A DNA stretch of 64,000 bases from Nemertoderma westbladi. Taxonomy: Eukaryota > Animalia > Xenacoelomorpha. Shown in pieces: positions 51,101-59,841 of the stretch. The stretch lies in assembly GCA_032718475.1 (NCBI GenBank), contig JAUCBJ010002880.1, positions 7,959 through 71,958 of the forward strand. Reading direction: 5' to 3'. Under the pieces are notes generated by a model that worked only from the letters and a program-made list of their open reading frames with translations, was not told where the DNA came from and did no database searches. A program made the position numbers and the translations under genes. The first letter of the stretch is position 1; each line of letters begins with the position of its first letter.

Positions 51101-54100
51101 TGTAATTATTACTTGAATGACTCTTTATATTGCTAACTAATTTTTTAATTAACTTTCAATATAATTTCACAACCTACAAACTATCGCCTCTATAACATAC
51201 GAACTATACTCCCTCTATAACCTACTAACTATCACCCCTTTATAACATACGAACTATCGATCCTCTATAACCTACGAACTATCGCTCCTCTATAACCTAC
51301 GAACTATCGCCCCTCTATTACCTACGAACTATCGCTCCTCTATAACCTACGAACTGTCGCCCTTTGCTATAACCTACTAACTATCGCCTCTCTATAACCT
51401 ACTAACTATCACCCCTTTATAACATACGAACTATCGATCCTCTATAACCCACGAACTGTCGCCCCTCTATAACCTACGAACTATCGCCCCTCTATAACCT
51501 ACGAACTATCGCCCCTCTATAACCCACGAACTGTCGCCCTTCTATAACCTACGAACTATCGCCCCTCTATAACCTTCGAACTATCGCCCTTAGCTATAAC
51601 CCACGAACTGTCGCCCCTCTATAACCTACGAACTGTCGCCCATCTATAACCCACGAACTATCGCCCTTAGCTATAACATACGAACTATCGCCCCTCTATA
51701 ACCTTCGAACTATCGCCCTTAGCTATAACCCACGAACTGTCGCCCCTCTATAACCTACGAACTGTCGCCCCTCTATTACCTACGAACTATCGCTCCTCTA
51801 TAACCTACGAACTGTCGCCCTTTGCTATAACCTACTAACTATCGCCTCTCTATAACCTACTAACTATCACCCCTTTATAACATACGAACTATCGATCCTC
51901 TATAACCTACGAACTATCGCTCCTCTATAACCTACGAACTATCGCCCCTCTATTACCTACGAACTATCGCTCCTCTATAACCTACGAACTGTCGCCCTTT
52001 GCTATAACCTACTAACTATCGCCTCTCTATAACCTACTAACTATCACCCCTTTATAACATACGAACTATCGATCCTCTATAACCCACGAACTGTCGCCCA
52101 TCTATAACCCACTAACTATCGCCTCTCTATAACCTACGAACTATCGCCCCTCTATTACCTACGAACTATCGCCCCTCTATAACATACGAACTAACGTCCC
52201 TCTATAACCTACTAACTATCACCCCTTTATAACATACGAACTATCGCTCCTCTATAACCTACGAACTATCGCCCTTTGCTATAACCTACTAACTATCACC
52301 CCTCTATAACATACGAACTATCGCCCCTCTATAACCTTCGAACTATCGCCCTTAGCTATAACCCACGAACTGTCGTCCCTCTATAACCTACGAACTATCG
52401 CCCGTCTATAACCCACGAACTGTCGCCCCCCTATAACCCACGAACTGTCGCCCCTCTATAACCTACGAACTATCGCCCTTAGCTATAACCCACGAACTGT
52501 CGCCCCTCTATAACCTACGAACTATCGCCCTTAACTATAACCCACGAACTGTCGCCCCTCTATAACCTACGAACTATCGCCCGTCTATAACCCACGAACT
52601 GTCGCCCCTCTATAACCCACGAACTGTCGCCCCTCTATAACCCACGAACTGTCGCCCCTCTATAACCTACGAACTATCGCCCTTAGCTATAACCCACGAA
52701 CTGTCGCCCCTCTATAACCTACGAATTATCGCCCATCTATAACCCACGAACTATCGCCCTTAGCTATAACCTACGAACTATCGCCCTTAGCTATAACCTA
52801 CGAACTATCGCCCTTAGCTATAACCTACGAACTATCGCCCGTCTATAACCCACGAACTGTCGCCCCTCTATAACCCACGAACTGTCGCCCCTCTATAACC
52901 CACGAACTGTCGCCCCTCTATAACCTACGAACTATCGCCCTTAGCTATAACCCACGAACTGTCGCCCCTCTATAACCTACGAACTATCGCCCATCTATAA
53001 CCCACTAACTGTCGCCCCTCTATAACCCACGAACTATCGCCCTTAGCTATAACCCACGAACTGTCGCCCCTCTATAACCTACGAACTGTCGCCCCTCTAT
53101 AACCCACGAACTATCGCCCTTAGCTATAACCCACGAACTGTGGCCCCTCTATAACCTACGAACTATCGCCCTTAGCTATAACCCACGAACTGTCGCCCCT
53201 CTATAACCTACGAACTATCGCCCTTAGCTATAACCCACGAACTGTCGCCCATCTATAACCTACGAACTATCGCCCATCTATAACCCACTAACTGTCGCCC
53301 CTCTATAACCCACGAACTATCGCCCTTAGCTATAACCCACGAACTGTCGCCCATCTATAAGCCACGAACTATCGCCCATCTATAACCCACTAACTGTCGC
53401 CCCTCTATAACCCACGAACTATCGCCCCTCTATAACCCACGAACTATCGCCCCTCTATAACCCACGAACTGTCGCCCCTCTAACACCTTCGAACTATCGC
53501 CCATCTATAACCCACTAACTGACGCCCCTCTATAACCCACGAACTATCGCCGTATGCTATAACCCACGAACTGTCGCCCCTCTATAACCTACGAACTGTC
53601 GCCCATCTATAACCCACGAACTATCGCCCTTAGCTATAACCCACGAACTGTCGCCCCTCTATAACCTACGAACTGTCGCCCATCTATAACCCACGAACTA
53701 TCGCCCTTAGCTATAACATACGAACTATCGCCCCTCTATAACCTTCGAACTATCGCCCTTAGCTATAACCCACGAACTGTCGCCCCTCTATAACCTACGA
53801 ACTGTCGCCCATCTATAACCCACGAACTATCGCCCTTAGCTATAACATACGAACTATCGCCCCTCTATAACCTTCGAACTATCGCCCTTAGCTATAACCC
53901 ACGAACTGTCGCCCCTCTATAACCTACGAACTGTCGCCCATCTATAACCCACGAACTATCGCCCTTAGCTATAACCCACGAACTGTCGCCCCTCTATAAC
54001 CTACGAACTGTCGCCCATCTATAACCCACGAACTATCGCCCTTAGCTATAACATACGAACTATCGCCCCTCTATAACCTTCGAACTATCGCCCTTAGCTA

Positions 54101-57100
54101 TAACCCACGAACTGTCGCCCCTCTATAACCTACGAACTATCGCCCCTCTATAACCTACGAACTATCGCCCCTCTATAACCCACGAACTGTCGCCCTTCTA
54201 TAACCTACGAACTATCGCCCCTCTATAACCTTCGAACTATCGCCCTTAGCTATAACCCACGAACTGTCGCCCCTCTATAACCTACGAACTGTCGCCCATC
54301 TATAACCCACGAACTATCGCCCTTAGCTATAACATACGAACTATCGCCCCTCTATAACCTTCGAACTATCGCCCTTAGCTATAACCCACGAACTGTCGCC
54401 CCTCTATAACCTACGAACTGTCGCCCCTCTATAACCTACGAACTATCGCCCATCTATAACCCACGAACTGTCGCCCTTCTATAACATACGAACTATCGCC
54501 CCTCTATAACCTTCGAACTATCGCCCTTAGCTATAACCCACGAACTGTCGCCCCTCTATAACCTACGAACTGTCGCCCATCTATAACCCACGAACTGTCG
54601 CCCCTCTATAACCTACGAACTATCGCCCCTCTATAACCTTCGAACTATCGCCCTTAGCTATAACCCACGAACTGTCGCCCCTCTATAACCTACGAACTGT
54701 CGCCCATCTATAACCCACGAACTATCGCCCTTAGCTATAACATACGAACTATCGCCCCTCTATAACCTTCGAACTATCGCCCTTAGCTATAACCCACGAA
54801 CTGTCGCCCCTCTATAACCTACGAACTATCGCCCATCTATAACCTACGAACTATCGCTCTTAGCTATAACCCACGAACTGTCGCCCCTCTATAACCTACG
54901 AACTGTCGCCCATCTATAACCCACGAAATGTCGCCCCTCTATAACCCACGAACTGTCGCCCATCTATAACCCACGAACTGTCGCCCATCTATAACCCACG
55001 AACTATCGCCCTTAGCTATAACCCACGAACTGTCGCCCCTCTATAACCTACGAATTATCGCCCATCTATAACCCACGAACTATCGCCCTTAGCTATAACC
55101 TACGAACTATCGCCCGTCTATAACCCACGAACTGTCGCCCCTCTATAACCTACGAACTATCGCCCTTAGCTATAACCCACGAACTGTCGCCCCTCTATAA
55201 CCTACGAACTATCGCCCTTAACTATAACCCACGAACTGTCGCCCCTCTATAACCTACGAACTATCGCCCGTCTATAACCCACGAACTGTCGCCCCTCTAT
55301 AACCCACGAACTGTCGCCCCTCTATAACCCACGAACTGTCGCCCCTCTATAACCTACGAACTATCGCCCTTAGCTATAACCCACGAACTGTCGCCCCTCT
55401 ATAACCTACGAATTATCGCCCATCTATAACCCACGAACTATCGCCCTTAGCTATAACCTACGAACTATCGCCCTTAGCTATAACCTACGAACTATCGCCC
55501 TTAGCTATAACCTACGAACTATCGCCCGTCTATAACCCACGAACTGTCGCCCCTCTATAACCCACGAACTGTCGCCCCTCTATAACCCACGAACTGTCGC
55601 CCCTCTATAACCTACGAACTATCGCCCTTAGCTATAACCCACGAACTGTCGCCCCTCTATAACCTACGAACTATCGCCCATCTATAACCCACTAACTGTC
55701 GCCCCTCTATAACCCACGAACTATCGCCCTTAGCTATAACCCACGAACTGTCGCCCCTCTATAACCTACGAACTGTCGCCCCTCTATAACCCACGAACTA
55801 TCGCCCTTAGCTATAACCCACGAACTGTGGCCCCTCTATAACCTACGAACTATCGCCCTTAGCTATAACCCACGAACTGTCGCCCCTCTATAACCTACGA
55901 ACTATCGCCCTTAGCTATAACCCACGAACTGTCGCCCATCTATAACCTACGAACTATCGCCCATCTATAACCCACTAACTGTCGCCCCTCTATAACCCAC
56001 GAACTATCGCCCTTAGCTATAACCCACGAACTGTCGCCCATCTATAAGCCACGAACTATCGCCCATCTATAACCCACTAACTGTCGCCCCTCTATAACCC
56101 ACGAACTATCGCCCCTCTATAACCCACGAACTATCGCCCCTCTATAACCCACGAACTGTCGCCCCTCTAACACCTTCGAACTATCGCCCATCTATAACCC
56201 ACTAACTGACGCCCCTCTATAACCCACGAACTATCGCCGTATGCTATAACCCACGAACTGTCGCCCCTCTATAACCTACGAACTGTCGCCCATCTATAAC
56301 CCACGAACTATCGCCCTTAGCTATAACCCACGAACTGTCGCCCCTCTATAACCTACGAACTGTCGCCCATCTATAACCCACGAACTATCGCCCTTAGCTA
56401 TAACATACGAACTATCGCCCCTCTATAACCTTCGAACTATCGCCCTTAGCTATAACCCACGAACTGTCGCCCCTCTATAACCTACGAACTGTCGCCCATC
56501 TATAACCCACGAACTATCGCCCTTAGCTATAACATACGAACTATCGCCCCTCTATAACCTTCGAACTATCGCCCTTAGCTATAACCCACGAACTGTCGCC
56601 CCTCTATAACCTACGAACTGTCGCCCATCTATAACCCACGAACTATCGCCCTTAGCTATAACCCACGAACTGTCGCCCCTCTATAACCTACGAACTGTCG
56701 CCCATCTATAACCCACGAACTATCGCCCTTAGCTATAACATACGAACTATCGCCCCTCTATAACCTTCGAACTATCGCCCTTAGCTATAACCCACGAACT
56801 GTCGCCCCTCTATAACCTACGAACTATCGCCCCTCTATAACCTACGAACTATCGCCCATCTATAACCCACGAACTGTCGCCCTTCTATAACCTACGAACT
56901 ATCGCCCCTCTATAACCTTCGAACTATCGCCCTTAGCTATAACCCACGAACTGTCGCCCCTCTATAACCTACGAACTGTCGCCCATCTATAACCCACGAA
57001 CTATCGCCCTTAGCTATAACATACGAACTATCGCCCCTCTATAACCTTCGAACTATCGCCCTTAGCTATAACCCACGAACTGTCGCCCCTCTATAACCTA

Positions 57101-59110
57101 CGAACTGTCGCCCCTCTATAACCTACGAACTATCGCCCATCTATAACCCACGAACTGTCGCCCTTCTATAACATACGAACTATCGCCCCTCTATAACCTT
57201 CGAACTATCGCCCTTAGCTATAACCCACGAACTGTCGCCCCTCTATAACCTACGAACTGTCGCCCATCTATAACCCACGAACTGTCGCCCCTCTATAACC
57301 TACGAACTATCGCCCCTCTATAACCTTCGAACTATCGCCCTTAGCTATAACCCACGAACTGTCGCCCCTCTATAACCTACGAACTGTCGCCCATCTATAA
57401 CCCACGAACTATCGCCCTTAGCTATAACATACGAACTATCGCCCCTCTATAACCTTCGAACTATCGCCCTTAGCTATAACCCACGAACTGTCGCCCCTCT
57501 ATAACCTACGAACTATCGCCCATCTATAACCTACGAACTATCGCTCTTAGCTATAACCCACGAACTGTCGCCCCTCTATAACCTACGAACTGTCGCCCAT
57601 CTATAACCCACGAAATGTCGCCCCTCTATAACCCACGAACTGTCGCCCATCTATAACCCACGAACTGTCGCCCATCTATAACCCACGAACTATCGCCCTT
57701 AGCTATAACCCACGAACTGTCGCCCCTCTATAACCCACGAACTGTCGCCCATCTATAACCCACGAACTGTCGCCCATCTATAACCCACGAACTATCGCCC
57801 TTAGCTATAACCCACGAACTGTCGCCCATCTATAACCCACGAACTGTCGCCCCTCTATAACCCACGAACTGTCGCCCATCTATAACCCACGAACTGTCGC
57901 CCATCTATAACCCACGAACTATCGCCCTTAGCTATAACCCACGAACTGTCGCCCCTCTATAACCTACGAACTGTCGCCCATCTATAACTCACGAACTATC
58001 GCCCTTAGCTATAACCCACGAACTGTCGCCCCTCTATAACCCACGAACTGTCGCCCATCTATAACCCACGAACTATCGCCCTTAGCTATAACCCACGAAC
58101 TGTCGCCCCTCTATAACCTACGAACTGTCGCCCATCTATAACCCACGAACTATCGCCCTTAGCTATAACCCACGAACTGTCGCCCCTCTATAACCCACGA
58201 ACTGTCGCCCGTCTATAACCCACGAACTATCGCCCTTAGCTATAACCTACGAACTATCGCCCCTCTATAACCCACGAACTGTCGCCCCTCTATAACCTAC
58301 GAACTGTCGCCCCTCTATAACCCACGAACTAGTGCCCTTAGCTATAACCCACGAACTGTCGCCCCTCTATAACCTACGAACTGTCGCCCATCTATAACCC
58401 ACGAACTATCGCCCTTAGCTATAACCCACGAACTGTCGCCCCTCTATAACCCACGAACTGTCGCCCATCTATAACCCACGAACTATCGCCCTTAGCTATA
58501 ACCCACGAACTGTCGCCCCTCTATAACCTACGAACTGTCGCCCATCTATAACCCACGAACTATCGCCCTTAGCTATAACCCACGAACTGTCGCCCCTCTA
58601 TAACCCACGAACTGTCGCCCTTCTATAACCCACGAACTATCGCCCTTAGCTATAACCTACGAACTATCGCCCCTCTATAACCCACGAACTGTCGCCCCTC
58701 TATAACCACACGAACTGTCGCCCATCTATAACCCACGAACTGTCGCCCTTAGCTATAACTTACGAACTATCGCCCTTAGCTATAACCCACGAACTATCGC
58801 CCTTAGCTATAACCTACGAACTATCGCCCATCTATAACCCACGAACTATCGCCCGTCTATAACCCACGAACTATCGCCCTTAGCTATAACCACTACCGGT
58901 ATTTATACTGCGTACCTTTTTATCTAGACGAGTTCCGACTCAGAACTCCAAAGTCCTACGGTTTCCTCTACGACCAAGTTATCGTCTGTATCCAAAGACC
59001 TCGATAGTATCACAGTTATCGAACGTTCATCCGGCACTCTCATTGCCGGGGTATCCGCTCCCAGTCACAATATCATATTCGAATGGTTGGAAAATCATCC
59101 GTCATTTCAG
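12028..59110 (+). CDS. DIDO1: DIDO1/PHF3/PPS-family PHD-finger gene, 5' portion; join(12028..12135,13044..13151,35667..35807,38523..38707,40668..40911,50396..50566,58928..59110); continues beyond the window
   Basis: Seven GT-AG exons join in phase without stops (380 aa). PHD finger [36 protein letters not shown]...YICPQC is DIDO1-like. Downstream CINEGC...VYCSKEC motif and BRK domain follow the order seen in Drosophila PPS. TFIIS-M and SPOC domains are expected downstream. Confidence 0.88.
13044..13151 (+). CDS. DIDO1: Coding exon 2 (DIALSIQDELAKSVVISGKSHSRVSSKRKITTEVST)
   Basis: Acceptor tttttcag|, donor |gtaagt, 108 nt open, phase 0-0. Confidence 0.7.
13181..17446 (+). repeat. Intronic satellite 1, 23 bp unit TAAACCGTATTGAACTATCTACC, ~185 copies
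   Basis: Highly homogeneous tandem array with one main G/C variant (CCGTA/CCCTA). Confidence 0.98.
17620..17690 (+). mobile_element. Tiny RTE RT-region remnant
   Basis: Translates to LKLLFFRVALISAVLYGCEV, similar to LFRAALVPVLIYGSPCW of copy C. Confidence 0.45.
18344..35632 (+). repeat. Intronic satellite 2, 21 bp unit TAAACCTTACTGAACTCTAAT (23 bp variants with +TA or +GG), ~810 copies
   Basis: 17.3 kb tandem array with zoned variant units and higher-order duplications. Confidence 0.98.
35667..35807 (+). CDS. DIDO1: Coding exon 3, basic region with AT-hook (ASQRKVRK...KKLGRPRKNEKAISQ)
   Basis: Acceptor tttttttaag|, donor CAG|gtaata, 141 nt, phase 0-0, GRP AT-hook core. Confidence 0.78.
36038..37784 (-). 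mobile_element. 5'-truncated CR1/L2-group LINE in intron 3
   Basis: RT ORF, A-rich (AAAT-like) tail on the - strand at ~36041-36058, TSD TTCGAGAACA at 36028-36037 and 37785-37794. Confidence 0.85.
36170..37795 (-). CDS. Non-LTR reverse transcriptase (RT plus C-terminal region, no endonuclease), 541 aa
   Basis: Uninterrupted ORF with NYRAIAL, QFGFQRGSST, LDLSKAFDMV, GVRQGSVASP and GYADDL motifs. Confidence 0.9.
   Translation of the reverse strand: MFSNTINNVPRVSPDLVAEGLHRLKSSKTDVTFGFDSDCLIHGPPELCFHLSNLFNSFLTHGFVPQFLLNCVIIPLIKDKLGDDTVSGNYRAIALSSLLIKLFEWVMLLAQADCLKLDELQFGFQRGSSTTQCTWAATEVISFYSRNATPVFGCLLDLSKAFDMVEWCKLFLELLKKGFSPFYIRSLLFIYNNQSCVVRWNNTHSESFTSSNGVRQGSVASPILFCILLDKLFRKLRNSKVGCFVGSVYFGAVGYADDLFLLCTSIVGLQHMVKLCEEFASENKLIFSTNPNPDKSKSKCIAFGRVWVKPLATIKLNGSPLPWVKEALHLGNLLDFKNSMESDIVRKRGQFIGKLNALRQELYFSDPFVLCNVQRSYCTSFYGSNLWNLLSPTCIRIFSTWNVNVRMIFGLPFNSHRYIVENLVQFKHPCIMLYSRFVSFCLSLRRSNKMCIRFLANICLVDCRTRSGRNLREIGNMCNIFNLELLTSRAVSNLTYVPLRNADKWRVNFCREIIWCLNNGGIVDGFTRQELSNILNSVSSS
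37975..38125. mobile_element. Small palindromic non-autonomous element
   Basis: Nested imperfect inverted arms (tattacat / atgtaata; tattctc / gagaata; tttatt / aataaa) around the core CTCGCTTACGCTCGG. Confidence 0.5.
38523..38707 (+). CDS. DIDO1: Coding exon 4, acidic region and N-terminal start of the PHD finger (...[19 protein letters not shown])
   Basis: Acceptor aatag|, donor CAG|gttagt, phase 0-2; completes the PHD finger in frame with exon 5. Confidence 0.9.
38682..40560 (+). repeat. 40 bp minisatellite made from the exon 4/intron 4 junction, ~46 copies
   Basis: Unit TGGCTGTCAGCAGCCACACAGTAACAGGTTAGTGTGGTTG; rare 53 bp variants at ~39160 and ~39975. Confidence 0.97.
40668..40911 (+). 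CDS. DIDO1: Coding exon 5, PHD finger core ([18 protein letters not shown]...YICPQC...)
   Basis: Acceptor tttccag|, donor AAG|gtaatt, phase 2-0, C4HC3 zinc ligands. Confidence 0.93.
41491..41783. mobile_element. AT-rich foldback element with an internal 20 bp tandem repeat
   Basis: Arms ATTTGGTATTT..TTCGATATTTTATTTCTT..ATAATTCTGTTAT and ATAACAGAATTAT..AAGAAATAAAATATCGAA..ATACCAAAT. Centre holds about 6 copies of TCGCGATAAAATTAATTAAA plus one inverted copy. Confidence 0.65.
41803..48281 (+). repeat. Intronic ~58 bp minisatellite (GCATACATGAATCCTCGCTTCTACCGCCTAGGTCCAGTTACTTTCTGGG-T8/9), ~112 copies
   Basis: Tandem array; unit length varies by 1-2 bp with the T-run. Confidence 0.98.
48432..48526. 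repeat. (ATT)n-like microsatellite
   Basis: Interrupted ttatt/att run. Confidence 0.8.
49650..49790 (+). mobile_element. Possible LINE 3' end remnant
   Basis: FKTLLDEY-coding stretch, then AATAAA and an (ATT)n tail ending at 49790. Confidence 0.35.
50396..50566 (+). CDS. DIDO1: Coding exon 6, Cys-rich motif (CINEGCKNAVLKDTVYCSKEC)
   Basis: Acceptor ctctctag|, donor GAG|gttagt, 171 nt, phase 0-0; resembles the post-PHD Cx4C..YCSxxC motif of DIDO1/PPS. Confidence 0.88.
51171..58893 (+). repeat. Intronic satellite 3, 25 bp unit ACC(T/C)ACGAACT(A/G)TCGCCCCTCTATA with a 27 bp variant (CCCTTAGCTATA), ~300 copies
   Basis: Tandem array with a 129 bp five-unit higher-order repeat. Confidence 0.98.
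58928..59110 (+). CDS. DIDO1: Coding exon 7, BRK domain (ITVIERSSGTLIAGVSAPSHNIIFEWLENHPSFQ)
   Basis: Acceptor tttttatctag|, donor CAG|gtttat, 183 nt, phase 0; matches the BRK consensus V..G..L.G..AP....WL..HP.F. Confidence 0.88.
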
Positions 59111-59553
59111 GTTTATAGTTTATAATTAATTTGGTTGTAGATGGGTAATGTAGCGTTTATGATATTTCATTCTCTTTATTTTATACATTATAAATTTATT
59201 GATCATGCTACTTGTAACATCACACTATTGTCATCATATTATCTCATCCACATTATTAATGTACAGCAATTAATTAAGGACAATTATTGATGTTAAGTTT
59301 TTTAATTTTTGATGATATATGTTTTACTTTTTTTTTGTTTAATTTTTTTGATATTATTTTTTATGTATTTTTTATTTATTTTTTTGTTTAATTTTTTTTA
59401 TTTATTTTTTTGTTTAATTTTTTTTATTTATTTTGTTCTTTTACTTATGTTTTAATTTGTCCCACACAGTACCGCTCGATTTTCTTACACGGAGTACCTT
59501 TGACCGCTTTGGGTCATTTCTGACCCACATACATCTTTACGGCCGTGACATAC

Positions 59554-59789
59554 TGATGTGTGTGTGTGTAGCGTAATGGTCCAACTGGACACGGACGAAC
59601 GGTATCAGAAATAAGGGTCTGACTTTATCAAGGCCTACATGCAGTCAGTATATTTACAGTAAGTATTAGGCAACGATTAGGCTACTTCCGGTAAGACAAC
59701 CCAGCACATACGTCATTAACAATATCTATATATAATTATTATATTGACCGCCACCATTATACAGTATAGAGTCCAGTACGATCCTATCA
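59554..59789 (-). repeat. Candidate 3' LTR (236 bp)
   Basis: TGAT...ATCA inverted termini, preceded on the - strand by the polypurine tract AAGGGAGA (59790-59797). The partner LTR is not in the window. Confidence 0.6.
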
Positions 59790-59841
59790 TCTCCCTTACC
59801 GAGATTGAGATTGGCAGCTTGAGAAACTGAAACAATTTCAA

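Noticed and set aside
13181-58893. Tandem arrays as CRISPR arrays
   Set aside because: Units are head-to-tail with no unique spacers, there are no cas genes, and the context is eukaryotic intron.
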